Assembly: GCA_002269645.1 (NCBI GenBank)
Contig: NIVC01001163.1
Location: 165,135-229,134, forward strand
Length of the DNA stretch: 64,000 nucleotides
Source: Macrostomum lignano
Lineage: Eukaryota
Direction of reading: 5' to 3'
The first letter of the stretch is position 1. Every line of letters starts with the position of its first letter. The notes under the pieces were generated by a model that searched no databases, was not told the DNA's origin, and saw nothing but the letters and a program-made list of their open reading frames with translations. Of this stretch, positions 23,501 through 36,633 are shown piece by piece. The translations under genes and the position numbers were made by a program.

Positions 23501-26372
23501 TTACTGGTAGCGCATGTACTTTTTACTGGTAGGGTCTGTACTTCTATTGTACTTTCGGGCCTGAGCGGTCTTTTTAAGCACTGTCTATCCTATTCCTATA
23601 CTCTAAAGATTCAGTCCTGGGCATTCCCGGGATCAGAGGGTCACAGCGCACTCTGCTGGGTATTCTGCCCTGAGGCGGGTTTCTTAGACTCTAAGCCTGG
23701 ATTTCTCTACCCTGTGGTAGGATTTCTGCCTTTCTAAAGGCGGGTTACTAGACTTCTAAGTCTAGGATTTCTCGTTCTCTGAGAACAGACTAAGTTTCTC
23801 CCAATTTTGGGATCCTAATGCTGCTAAATAACTAAGTCAATAAGTATTAATCAAGCTTCAATTTTAGGATACTAGAACAGTTTTAAGCTTTGAAGCCATG
23901 CAACGAGGCGAGTTGCTCTCCTTCAGTTTCAGCTCGTGTATTTATACTCCTCTCTTAGTTCATTTTAAACGAATAACATTTCATAATATTCATAATATTT
24001 ACAATACTACTAATATTATACGCATTAAAACAAAAATAGTCAAATTTCAAACGTACTACTTTCTAAGAAACAAGCAATCGCTAAGATAAGGGCCTACCTC
24101 ATATACTATATATAAAAAAGAAATCAAACAAATTATATGGTTTTCTTTTTGTGCAGATCATTTTAAATTGTCCCAAAATATTCAGACATTTAAAGCATAA
24201 ACCTATAGAGAATCGTGATGAAATGCCTACCACAAGAAAAGCAGAGATATTCACTAGACACATTGACATTAGATTTAAATTAGAAAACATATAAATTCAA
24301 AAGATCATAACTCTGTTAGTGTAAATAAACAAAATTAAATAAATCAATACCTAACTGTTGCAGATAATTATTAAAAAGTTAAAGTGCAATATCCTTTAAG
24401 ATTTTCAAGGTAATTTTCTGTTAAAAACAAAATGGCTATATAACTATAAGGTATTTTTCTTGTCACCAAAATGACTTTTGCTTGTTACCAAAATGACTAT
24501 TACCAAAATGACTATAATCCCATGACTGCAAGTATTCCTATTAAAAAAGTCTGCTTATGCAATGTGCCTGAACTGTTTAAAAACACAAAAATATAAATAC
24601 ACTTTGAATTTGAATCTGTTTCATAGAAAATATAATAGACCTATTATTAAGATATTTCAATTTAAAAAACTGTCAATAGGCCCCCCTATACTAGTAAAAA
24701 GGTGCAAATCATGCTAATATGCTAACATGCTAATTTTCTGTCTGCAAAAATATTGTGTTATTGAAATTTTTTGCAACAAATTGTGCCAATTTTTTGTCTT
24801 GCACCATACTATAATAGATTTTTTGCATTTCTTACCAGCTATTGCGCCAGAATGACCTGGCATAACACACACCCACCCCCTTTTGTGCTAGAATTTTCCA
24901 TGAAAAAGGCTATCTTCCTGACTATGGCATAGAACAAATAACAATTCTCTATTTCTAAAAAAATATGCAGCTTGTATGACACATAGCCTATATATGGGGC
25001 TAGGCAGTAGGCCCAGTAGGTATCTATATTATCATGTAGTTTATAAAGCATCCAATAGGCAATAAATTATTATTGAATAATAGGCATATTTTTATTTAAA
25101 ATGGAACTCTAGCTATCCAATAACAAGATAGCTAAGCTAAGAACCAGAATCCAGACCAAAGCATAAAAGAGATACAAATACAAAGTAAGAATAACTTAAA
25201 ATGTCTATTGGCCATTGGGTCCTGGGATTGGAATTTCGCCATATTTTGTTCCACTTCTACCTAACTATTGTCAAGACTCAAAATTGACGACGTAGAAATT
25301 AGAATCGATATTCATCCCTTGATGCCCAATCCTTGGCCTTAATGACATACTTATTAAGTGGGCTACAAAATTAATAAAAATTTGATAAACCTCAGTCCTC
25401 AGAAAAATCAAAAGAAAGCGACATCACACGACCTGAAATATTACAAAGGTAAGGTCATGTCATGCTGAGTCATGCGTGACGCACAATCACTAATAGCAAA
25501 ATTTAAAGGCTAGCGCTGTTGGTGGGGTTGCTGTTATATTTTTCGTTATGACTAACAGATTATTGTTGACACATTATGTTCGACGCAATCCTGGAATAAA
25601 GTTATTCAAATATAGCGTTGACGATTAACAAAGTACTTTTTAGAAAAACTTCGCTATTCTTAATTAATAATATTAAATACAAAAATTAGATTTCCATTAG
25701 GTAATTTAAAATAACCTAATTAAAAAACCTTGTTTGCTAATTGTTTAATGTTTGGAAATAATTCTGTTGAAAAAATCGTGATAACCCCGAATTTCAGCTT
25801 TTTTCATTACACGATATTGATGCTGTTGGACTGAAGTTGCCTGCTGAAAGGATGCCCAGTCGAAATACTGACATTTGGAAAGAAAAGGAAACTTTTGCAT
25901 TTTAGCGACGACTGACTTTTATTCGTCATCCCGTATCACGTATATATTATATCCCATTACCTTCAGGTGAAATGTCCCGGCCATCGGGCGAAATGCAGTC
26001 TTGTACACGTAACCTATTTCAGTTAGACTGCTAGTAGCCCCCAGTTTCTCTCAGAAAGAAGTGCGTTATACGAACTGATATGTTGGCTCGTCCTGGGCCC
26101 ATCACTAATTTTTGCGCACCAGCTCCCTTTTCTTTCCCTGTGATTCCTGCGCCCCATGACTCATGTTTATCGCCCAACCCACTTCCCGGTGCACCAACCT
26201 CACCTCCTTTCTATTGTTCTAAATCATTCATGCGTGTGACAGTTTTTATGACCCCAATATCCCCAAGCTTTTTCCTGCCTGTTACGTAGTTATCCTCCAT
26301 CATAAATAATTTTTCTCCGCTGCGCTGAACCCCAACCCCGTTTTCTCGTCTAATCACAGCACGGCCGACGGG

Positions 26373-26657
26373 TGACGTCATCAGGGTTGCTTGGTAACGA
26401 AGGTCAAGTACAAGTCACGGCCTTCAATATCACGCATCACGCTCACGTGATCGCATTACGCGTGATCTCGGGGCTATGAAGACTGTTTTGAGCCCTGAGC
26501 GGCTACCATTTTATCGTTTTTCCGCCCTGTAACAACTGTTTCCGTCCAATTCCCCTTCTTTTTCCTTACTAATCCTCAGAGCTGTAACGACCGTTCGGAG
26601 CCCTTTCTCCCTTTTTGGTGCCAAGTTGTAGCCACCGCTCTGAGGTGTAACTTCCGG
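26373..26657. promoter_or_regulatory. Promoter-like motif cluster (CRE, X-box-like, E-box, ETS)
   Basis: TGACGTCA 26373-80, GTTGCTTGGTAAC 26386-98, TCACGTGA 26443-50, ACTTCCGG 26650-57, in CpG-rich DNA. Confidence 0.4.
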
Positions 26658-28549
26658 TGGATTTAACTTTTGACTGATCGTCTGTGACTGCAGCCACCAC
26701 CGTGACTATCCGACCACCACTGTGCCAAGCAGCCCTGCCCGCGTCTAGAAAGGGTCCGCGAATTATGGTATTTCTTTCTCTGTTGCGCTGTCTTTGAGTA
26801 TAATCAGCCCGGTCTCCCTCCCACATTGCTCATCATTTAATAGTTCAATCCAAACTTATAAATTCCGTATTAACAATCAACCGAGCGGTTAAGGCCAAGT
26901 TTAGGGCCAATTATTCCGAGCATGAGCTATTCAGCTCATTTTCTTTTGTCTGTTTGCTCATTAATTTACTATGAGACGTGGTATGAAATGTGAGTAGTGA
27001 CAGTGAGTGCGCCCGTCACAGGACATGCAATAGAAGCTGAGGATATCAGAGTGGAAGATCACCGAGTATGAGCCGAATCTAACCAAACAATCATGGCAGT
27101 AACAATACTTCTAAATAAGTCGCCGTAGGATGTACATTACGAGAGAGCCCTGGGACCTGCACTTCCCCATCCCCTGCCGCATCGAACCCATCTAGGAGGA
27201 AAGAAATTAAAATGGCGTTTACCTATTATCAACCCTTGGGGTCCTGGGGCTTATGAGGACATTGTAATCTAAAACCACTCACCAGCTAAAAGACCCCCCT
27301 ATGCAAAAGTCCTCGTTTTCAGCACTGACTAGACTGTCCTTGTAAGCCTCGCATTGAGTCCCTTAATCGGTCATTTCTAGTACAGCTGGGGTCAAGAACC
27401 TTTGTCTGTTACAGACCGGGGGAGTCCCGTCTCCTTAGTAGGAGTTTTTACCGCGGGTGTACTCCTGCACAGGGGACTGGTGGCGGCCGCGTCTCTGGCG
27501 TAAACCTTGAAACAACTCGGGCCCGCTGTCTAAATGGGATCTCGGCCGCAACGTCACCTACCGCACCATCCAGAGGCGGACAAAGTCTAGGGGACGAAGC
27601 CTGGTGGTTGTACCTTTCAGCGCCAGAGCCCAGGGATTTGCGCAAAGGTGTTTTCATGCAGCCCGGGTTACGTCACTACTTATAAGTAGTCCGTGAAATG
27701 CATGGGCTAATTAAACTTTGAGACGTTGCCTCATCAATATTTTTGCCCATAACTACCCTCCCTAATATCTGCAGAACCCTAAGGATGCGCCAATACAACT
27801 GTACATGTACATCTAGCCAAGGACTGGTTGAAAAATAATTATGATAACCCACGGATGCCGACCGTCTCAGCTTCATACTTTCATGTATTTGTGCTCCGAC
27901 CTATCAGAGTTCCCGCTGACAGTATCCAATTTGTTTCAGCTTATGCATCTGTAAGTAAGCTGCAATTAATACAATATAAATGTCTTTCCTTGTTTCTGCA
28001 TAACTCAGGTGTTGTACATGTATCTGTAATCTTGACAATCCTTGATCCAAGAACTTTTATCTAGTAAAATGCTTGTTGATGCATTTTCTGGCGTTTGATG
28101 GACAAGGAATATCGCCTGCTTCAGGATACGCGTAATTAGGCGTGAGCATGAAAACTGTTCGTCTGACGAGTATGAACGTATGATTAAAAATGTGCCCTTG
28201 AATCAAAGAAAGCAGGCAAAACAGGTGTGCATGCAGGCTTTGCGTCAAACCTGTCCTAATAGTAGCGCAGCGGACTAAATTTAAAATAATGCTCAGAAAT
28301 GTCAAGCAGCGCATAGCGATCATCCTTTGTGCCTGTAGTTTGCACAATGTCTGCATTTTTCTTTCTGGAATGACACGGATCATGGGCCATATTGAAAGCC
28401 AAACAAAAATAACTCTGACTTTCCTATGCGCCAATGCTTGAACAGTAGAATATCCAAGCTGATTGTCAGCAAAAAATAGCTGAATAGCTTGGCTGGAAAA
28501 GTTCTAAATTTAATGCGTCTACAGCAATATTCACGTCAACAATGCGCGC

Positions 28550-28960
28550 AGGGTTCTTCTGCCGCTCTGGCCTTCCGTTGTGCAACGCGAGACCTGGACC
28601 CTGACAGCAGGTCGATGCAGCGCACGCTGGCCTGCTTCGCGCCGCCTTCAAGATCAGTTACAAAGCGGCACTCTATCGCCGTACCAGCCTGTCCCGTCCC
28701 AGCGAACTGTTGCGCCGTCGGGGACTTCAGCCATGGCAAGCCTCATCATCCAAGCCGAGTTCTACTGTCTGAAGCCGGTGCAGGAGGTGCTGTTGCTGAC
28801 GTGCTGGCACCCTACCGTCGGGGACAGGCGCGCACTCGGCGATTCGTCGACTGCCTGCTGGCTGACGCCGGCGCCCCGGACACTGCGGGCGGTGCGGCCT
28901 ACGTTCGCGCCCAGGCCCTGAAACGCGTCCTGTCACGCTGTCTTTGCCTCTCTTGACTCG
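28550..28960 (+). mobile_element. Degenerate 3' fragment of an RTE-like LINE
   Basis: Frameshifted translation ETWTLTA / QVDAAHAGLLRAAF / LLRRRGLQ / IIQAEFYCLKPVQEVLLLT / PYRRGQARTRRFVDCLLADAGAPD, homologous to the post-RT region at 53.5-53.8 kb and 51.5-51.75 kb. Confidence 0.8.
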
Positions 28961-28994
28961 CTTGACTGGCTGACAACGACAAGGTATTTAGATA

Positions 28995-29283
28995 GGGTTG
29001 TAGCCTAATGGTTAGAGCGTCGGACTCACGACTGAAAGGTCGGGGGTTCGATTCTTGACCCACTCAGAAAAATTTGTGTCCTCATTAACTTTTCATTGCT
29101 TCAGTTCACCCAGCTGTAAAATGAATGCCAGCATTAGCTGGGGTAATTGAGGGTGTGTGTGTGGCGACCTTGGACTGAACAGCCGTACGCAGCCTCCAGA
29201 TGCAATAGCTGCGGCTGAGCTGTCGGTTGCACATCTGTCTGTTGGAGCAGGTGTAATCAATCATTATTATTTATTATTTATAT
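28995..29283 (+). mobile_element. tRNA-derived SINE
   Basis: tRNA-like head with A box TAGCCTAATGG and B box GGTTCGATTC; body CACCCAGCTGTAAAATGAATGCCAGCATTAGCTGGGGTAA; ATT/TTAT tail. Confidence 0.75.
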
Positions 29284-29789
29284 ATGAGTCAAGCCAATAG
29301 TACTACTATATAAAGAGAGTGTTTATAGGAGAAGGATGGTCCCAAATCATTTTCGGTGACGGCAATGCTGTTAGCGCACAAAGTGACAAAAAGCCCCAGT
29401 CACACAAGGACTGCATCACAGCTGAGTGGCCGCGCACAGCTGACAAGAAAGTTTAATTCAAACAGAGCGGCATAAAGGAATACGAGCTAAAAGTCGGGCA
29501 AAGCCTCGCCGCTCGTTTGAACACACGTCAGAGCGTTTCCGCTTGACTTGTTGACTTTTAGGATCTACCGGTAATTTCCGGTTGGCTGCAAATCTCTGAC
29601 ACTCCCGCTTTGTTCAATTTTGCTTTCCATCGTGACCCCCCCCCGAGAGCGCCAGCAATGTCTGGCGTAGCCAGTTTAATCAAGCTGCAGTTCGTTCCCT
29701 GAATCCTTTCTACCCAGTGTACATTTTTAAAATAATACGCTCGAGACAGGAGCAATTGAAATTGCACCGGCACTTTGCTTGCTTGCCGA

Positions 29790-30043
29790 CTTTTCGAGCT
29801 GACGAGAGCCCCGGGACCGAGTGCATCGGCGGCGGCTCCTGCCCCCGGCCTCTACAGGACGTCCTGCTGTTGACTTTGCAGGGCCCAGCTAGGCGGGGCC
29901 AGGCCAGAACCCGTCGTTACGTGGACTGCCAGCTGTGCGACTCCGGGGCGCCCGACACAGCTGGCGGGGGCGGACTTTGTCATCTGATGCACCCTGACCG
30001 CTTGACTTTACTGGGCTGCGTCTTTTGTTGTTGTTGTTGTTGC

Positions 30044-30074
<31 letters not shown>

Positions 30075-30076
30075 GC

Positions 30077-30110
<34 letters not shown>

Positions 30111-30129
30111 ATTGTTGTTGTTGTTGTTG
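29790..30129 (+). mobile_element. Internally deleted RTE-like LINE 3' end with (TTG)n tail
   Basis: FRADESPGTE...CPRPLQDVLLLTLQGPARRGQARTRRYVDCQLCDSGAPDTAG followed by about 105 bp of TTG repeats. Confidence 0.8.
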
Positions 30130-31355
30130 TAAATCCATATGCTTTCTCATCTCCTTTCTTTACCCATACAATTCGTCCATCATTTTGTACATAGTTTTTA
30201 TACGAGAACATTTTTTACTTTACCTTCAATATCAGTGCATGGCTTTTAAATCGCTAATCTCTTCCTGGATTTGAGACTTATGCTGCGCAGTGATCCAGGC
30301 AAATTTCCGGTTCCATTTAAATTTTTGTCAGAGTCTGATGAATTAGCGAATGCTGAAAGGTCAAACGAGGCCATTTAATTGATTAAATTCAATACAGTTT
30401 TTTCAATGTCATACCAAGGTCAACCGAGAAGGACAAACCGAGTGAAAGACCTACCGTGACTAGAGTCTTCCAAAGCACTTCAGAGACCCCCGAGGGATAC
30501 CAAATCCGAATGCGACGTCAAAGGCAAATAGGTTACCATAAAATTGCTACATCGATGCTCAGCCAACACACTCGCAAATTGTCAGATTTTTAAGGAGACC
30601 GATTTTGGCAGCAATAAATTGCCCCTTTTACAGAATGCAAACTGTAGGATAAAAGTGGCAAACTTATTATCTATGGCTACTGCAGTTCGTTGCCTCAGAC
30701 TCCTTAGAGACACCCATGGTGCGTACAAAAAAGGAAGACATTCGAATAAGCTTTAGAGTGTACCTTCTTTTTGATGGCACGTAAAATTAGTATTTTTTAC
30801 TGTTTAACAGTCTCACAATATAGACAACGCTGTAAGGCTTAACTAAAAGGAACTCGTTAGTTTTGGCAATTGGGTGGTCGATAACTACGACAGTTTTCAC
30901 CCGTCTGTGGTACCGACTCAATTCTCAAAAGCTTAGGACAGGCCAGATCTCAGCATTCTCTCCTTGAGCACTGATTGGCTGCTTGTTCTGGCCTGAGGAA
31001 TTACAACCTTAAAGGAAGCAACTTTGACTCCTGCGCCATTGCACATGCGACGGATGAGTCATAAGCTTGGCAAGAATAACAACTGAGGAGACTTTTCGTC
31101 ACAACTTGCAGGATTTGCGCTAATCTTGACTTGACGCACGTAAGCTTTTTGCCGATTATATTTCCTATAATTTACTCTGCAGAATACTGCAGAGTAAAGC
31201 ACTTCAGTAACAATGACATTGACGGTATGAGAAACTCAGTTGCGGGCTACAGATCGAGAGAAATAGGAAAAATGGTGCATTTTTGGCCGACAGGACAATC
31301 GGAATCGTGAACAGGTGCGTCCGATGTTTTCTACTCAAATGAAGGGCGGCTTCAA

Positions 31356-33303
31356 CAGCTAGCAGAGAGCTGGCACTGCCAATTCAGCAACAGGAGACAC
31401 AGCAGCTAGCAGAGAGCTGGCACTGCCAATTCAGCAGCAGGAGACACAGCAGCTAGCAGAGAGCTGGCACTGCCAATTCAGCAGCAGGAGACACAGCAGC
31501 TAGCAGAGAGCTGGCACTGCCAATTCAGCAGCAGGAGACACAGCAGCTAGCAGAGAGCTGGCACTGCCAATTCAGCAGCAGGAGACACAGCAGCTAGCAG
31601 AGAGCTGGCACTGCCAATTCAGCAGCAGGAGACACAGCAGCTAGCAGAGAGCTGGCACTGCCAATTCAGCAGCAGGAGACACAGCAGCTAGCAGAGAGCT
31701 GGCACTGCCAATTCAGCAGCAGGAGACACAGCAGCTAGCAGAGAGCTGGCACTGCCAATTCAGCAACAGGAGACACAGCAGCTAGCAGAGAGCTGGCACT
31801 GCCAATTCAGCAGCAGGAGACACAGCAGCTAGCAGAGAGCTGGCACTGCCAATTCAGCAGCAGGAGACACAGCAGCTAGCAGAGAGCTGGCACTGCCAAT
31901 TCAGCAGCAGGAGACACAGCAGCTAGCAGAGAGCTGGCACTGCCAATTCAGCAGCAGGAGACACAGCAGCTAGCAGAGAGCTGGCACTGCCAATTCAGCA
32001 GCAGGAGACACAGCAGCTAGCAGAGAGCTGGCACTGCCAATTCAGCAGCAGGAGACACAGCAGCTAGCAGAGAGCTGGCACTGCCAATTCAGCAGCAGGA
32101 GACACAACAGCTAGCAGAGAGCTGGCACTGCCAATTCAGCAACAGGAGACACAGCAGCTAGCAGAGAGCAGGCACTGCCAATTCAGCAGCAGGAGACACA
32201 GCAGCTAGCAGAGAGCTGGCACTGCCAATTCAGCAACAGGAGACACAGCAGCTAGCAGAGAGCTGGCACTGCCAATTCAGCAGCAGGAGACACAGCAGCT
32301 AGCAGAGAGCTGGCACTGCCAATTCAGCAGCAGGAGACACAGCAGCTAGCAGAGAGCTGGCACTGCCAATTCAGCAGCAGGAGACACAGCAGCTAGCAGA
32401 GAGCTGGCACTGCCAATTCAGCAGCAGGAGACACAGCAGCTAGCAGAGAGCTGGCACTGCCAATTCAGCAGCAGGAGACACAGCAGCTAGCAGAGAGCTG
32501 GCACTGCCAATTCAGCAGCAGGAGACACAGCAGCTAGCAGAGAGCTGGCACTGCCAATTCAGCAGCAGGAGACACAGCAGCTAGCAGAGAGCTGGCACTG
32601 CCAATTCAGCAGCAGGAGACACAACAGCTAGCAGAGAGCTGGCACTGCCAATTCAGCAACAGGAGACACAGCAGCTAGCAGAGAGCAGGCACTGCCAATT
32701 CAGCAGCAGGAGACACAGCAGCTAGCAGAGAGCTGGCACTGCCAATTCAGCAACAGGAGACACAGCAGCTAGCAGAGAGCTGGCACTGCCAATTCAGCAG
32801 CAGGAGACACAGCAGCTAGCAGAGAGCTGGCACTGCCAATTCAGCAGCAGGAGACACAGCAGCTAGCAGAGAGCTGGCACTGCCAATTCAGCAGCAGGAG
32901 ACACAGCAGCTAGCAGAGAGCTGGCACTGCCAATTCAGCAGCAGGAGACACAGCAGCTAGCAGAGAGCTGGCACTGCCAATTCAGCAGCAGGAGACACAG
33001 CAGCTAGCAGAGAGCTGGCACTGCCAATTCAGCAGCAGGAGACACAGCAGCTAGCAGAGAGCTGGCACTGCCAATTCAGCAACAGGAGACACAGCAGCTA
33101 GCAGAGAGCTGGCACTGCCAATTCAGCAGCAGGAGACACAGCAGCTAGCAGAGAGCTGGCACTGCCAATTCAGCAGCAGGAGACACAGCAGCTAGCAGAG
33201 AGCTGGCACTGCCAATTCAGCAGCAGGAGACACAGCAGCTAGCAGAGAGCTGGCACTGCCAATTCAGCAGCAGGAGACACAGCAGCTAGCAGAGAGCAGG
33301 CAC
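31356..33303. repeat. 47 bp minisatellite, about 41 near-identical copies
   Basis: Unit AGCTAGCAGAGAGCTGGCACTGCCAATTCAGCAGCAGGAGACACAGC. Confidence 0.98.
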
Positions 33304-33712
33304 AACTCTATCACGCGATCTAGAACCGAACCCTCAAATTCCGATCTGCATAGCGAGTTCGCTAGGCAAAAGTGCATCTCATTAAAAATGGCCCGCGGTT
33401 GCCTCTTTTGCTCTCTCGGTAGAGCTCAGTCGCGGATGTCAGGCGTCTGACACACAATTAATCAGGCGTCGTCTTTGGAATTTTTCCCGCGATTTGGGCA
33501 AACTAAAATGCGTGCATTTTTTGTTTTTCTCTCTCGACAGCTACAGCGACTGGAGCGATAGTCCGGTCTTAGGTTGACTCTCAGCGTCTTTTGCCTTGGC
33601 TAGCTGGAGGTCTCATTCAATTTAGTTTATTAGGCAATTTGATTTGCCTGCGTTTCCTACCAGTGCCATTCTGCGGTAAAACTGGGGCGCCGTGCTGGCG
33701 TCATGCCAATAC

Positions 33713-34310
33713 ATTAGATTAGGACTCACTCATTAGATTAGGACTCGACTCACTCATTAGATTAGGACTCACTCATCAGATTAGGACTCACTCATTAGAT
33801 TAGGACTCACTCAATAGATTAGGACTCACTCATTAGATTAGGACTCACTCATTAGATTAGGACTCACTCATTAGATTAGGACTCACTCATTAGATTAGGA
33901 CTCACTCATTAGATTAGGACTCACTCATTAGATGTAGATTAGGACTCACTCATTAGATTAGGACTCGCTCATTAGATGTAGATTAGGACTCACTCATTAG
34001 ATTAGGACTCACTCATTATTTTAGGACTCACTCATTAGATTAGGACTCACTCATTACATGTAGATTAGGACTCACTCATTAGATTAGGACTCACTCATTA
34101 CATGTAGATTAGGACTCACTCATTAGATTAGGACTCACTCATTAGATTAGGACTCACTCATTAGATTAGGACTCACTCATTAGATTAGGACTCACTCATT
34201 AGATTAGGACTCACTCATTAGATTAGGACTCACTCATTAGATTAGGACTCACTCATTAGATTAGGACTCACTCATTAGATTAGGACTCACTCATTAGATT
34301 AGGACTCACT
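33713..34310. repeat. 19 bp minisatellite TAGATTAGGACTCACTCAT
   Basis: Visible. Confidence 0.97.
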
Positions 34311-34447
34311 TTCTACATTAATACTCACTAATTATTAAATCAGGTAATTTTCCATTAAGACAAGCATGCATGTCGATGTTAGAACTTCAGAAGTCCTTAG
34401 TGAATGTCATTTCTGAAGGATGCCCCCCCCCGACTCTGCCTGTCCGC

Positions 34448-34662
34448 TCAGCCAGACTCCCATTCCGTCATAATCCAGACCAGCCTCATCAATAATGCAG
34501 ATGGCAAGATGGATCCACAACGTCTCAGCACAGGGAGACGCCGACCCCACCCGAATCGGTCGCACCTTCTTCCTGGCTGTTCTAAATATGAAAACTTTTT
34601 CGGCGCCTTAAAGCAGCGAATTTCTTGGCCTGGTCTGGAGTGATCTGACCCGGTCCCATTTC
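34448..34662 (-). CDS. Candidate terminal exon of an unidentified gene
   Basis: ggctttttctgacag acceptor; in phase 1 stays open about 70 codons (RNGTGSDHSRPGQEIRCFKAPKKFSYLEQPGRRCDRFG...) to TGA. Confidence 0.25.
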
Positions 34663-34849
34663 CTGTCAGAAAAAGCCAGGAATATTTCAGGGATACGAGA
34701 GAGAAGTCGGCAGAGAAGGAAAGAAGGAAATGAGAATGTTTTAGATGAAGTTTGGAATAGATTTAAGAAACTTGGTCCAAAAACATGACCAGATAAGAGA
34801 GAGAAGACCGCAGCCGAAAAGAGAACGGGGAGAATGATAGAAGAAGGGA

Positions 34850-36510
34850 GATAGAGGGAGAGGGAGAGGTAGAGGCAGAGATGGAGAGAGGGACAGAGGG
34901 GGAGAGGGACAGAGGGGGAGAGGAACAGAGGGGAGGGACAGAGGGACAGAGGAGGAGAGGAACAGAAGGACAGAGGAACAGAAGGGGAGAGGAACAGAGG
35001 GGGGGAGGGACAGATGGACAGAGAGGGAGAGGAACAGAGGGGAGGGACAGAGGGGGAGAAGGGGAGAGGAACAGAAGGGGAGAGGAACAGAGGAACAGAG
35101 GGGGAGAGGGACAGAGGGACAGAGGGGGAGAGGGACAGAAGGACAGAGGAACAGAAGGGGAGAGGGACAGAGGGGAGGGACAGAGGGGGAGAGGGACAGA
35201 AGGGAGGGACAGAGGGGAGGGACAGAGGGGAGGGACAGAGGGAGGGACAGAGGGGAGAGGGACAGAGGGGAGGGACAGAGGGGAGGGACAGAGGGGAGGG
35301 ACAGAGGGGAGGGACAGAGGGGAGGGACAGAGGGGGGGAAGGACAGAGGGACAGAAGGGGAGAGGGACAGAGGGGAGGGACAGAGGGGAAGGACAGAGGG
35401 GAGGGACAGAGGGGGAGAGGGACAGAGGGGAGGGACAGAGGGACAGAGGAACAGAAGGGGAGAGGGACAGAGGGGAGGGACAGAGGGGAGAGGGATAGAG
35501 GGGAGGGACAGAGGGGGAGAGGGACAGAGGGGAGGGACAGAGGGGAGGGACAGAAGGGGAGAGGGAGAGAGGGGAGGGACAGAGGGGGAGAGGGACAGAG
35601 GGGAGGGACAGAGGGGGAGAGGGACAGAGGGGAGGGACAGAGGGGGAGAGGGACAGAGGGGAGGGACAGAGGGGAGAGGGACAGAGGGGAGGGACAGAGG
35701 AACAGAGGAACAGAGGGGGAGAGGGACAGAGGGACAGAGGGGGAGAGGGACAGAAGGACAGAGGAACAGAAGGGGAGAGGAACAGAGGGGAGGGACAGAG
35801 GGGGAGAGGGACAGAGGGGAGGGACAGAGGGACAGAGGAACAGAAGGGGAGAGGGACAGAGGGGAGGGACAGAGGGGGAGAGGGACAGAGGGGAGGGACA
35901 GAGGGGAGAGGGACAGAGGGGAGGGACAGAGGGGGAGAGGGACAGAGGGGAGGGACAGAGGGGGAGAGGGACAGAGGGAGGGACAGAGGGGGAGAGGGAC
36001 AGAGGGGAGGGACAGAGGGACAGAGGAACAGAGGGGGAGAGGGACAGAGGGACAGAGGGGGAGAGGGATTGAAGGACAGAGGAACAGAAGGGGAGAGGAA
36101 CAGAGGGGAGGGACAGAGGGGGAGAGGGACAGAGGGGAGGGACAGAGGGACAGAGGAACAGAAGGGGAGAGGGACAGAGGGGAGGGACAGAGGGGGAGAG
36201 GGACAGAGGGGAGGGACAGAGGGGAAGAGGGACAGAGGGGAGGGACAGAGGGGGAGAGGGACAGAGGGGAGGGACAGAGGGACAGAGGAACAGAAGGGGA
36301 GAGGGACAGAGGGGAGGGACAGAGGGACAGAGGAACAGAAGGGGAGAGGGACAGAGGGGAGGGACAGAGGGGGAGAGGGATTGAAGGACAGAGGAACAGA
36401 AGGGGAGAGGAACAGAGGGGAGGGACAGAGGGGGAGAGGGACAGAGGGGGAGAGGGACAGAGGGGGAGAGGGGGAGAGGGACAGAGGGACAGAGGTGGAG
36501 AGGGACAGAA
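34850..36510. repeat. 1.7 kb purine-rich repeat (GAGGGACAGAGG-type)
   Basis: Visible. Confidence 0.97.
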
Positions 36511-36567
36511 GGTCGCAAACAGTAATAATAGTTTGCAAATTAAGAATTTTATCAGCCGTAAACTCAC

Positions 36568-36633
36568 TGCTGAGTACAAATGCAGTCAGGGTTGAGTCGG
36601 CATCCGTTAGGTTTCGTAAACAATTTCCAATAC
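36568..36633 (-). CDS. Candidate 66 nt internal exon of an unidentified gene
   Basis: ctcaccctcccttctcccgctgtag acceptor and A|GTGAGT donor; open in two frames (IGNCLRNLTDADSTLTAFVLS or YWKLFTKPNGCRLNPDCICTQ). Confidence 0.3.

Noticed and set aside
28995-29061. Functional tRNA-Val(CAC)
   Set aside because: Acceptor and T stems pair poorly and the sequence continues into a SINE body and tail.
30329-30385. Hammerhead-like CTGATGA...GAAA
   Set aside because: Stem II is imperfect, there is no NUH cleavage triplet after stem III, and no stem I partner. The similar CTGAGGA at about 31083 lacks GAAA.
31356-33303. Regular arrays resembling CRISPR (also 44666-45305 and 56915-57685)
   Set aside because: Head-to-tail units with no unique spacers, no cas genes, eukaryotic context.
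34480-34540. ICIIDEAG, a helicase Walker B-like string on the minus strand
   Set aside because: No Walker A or other helicase motifs nearby; short frame.
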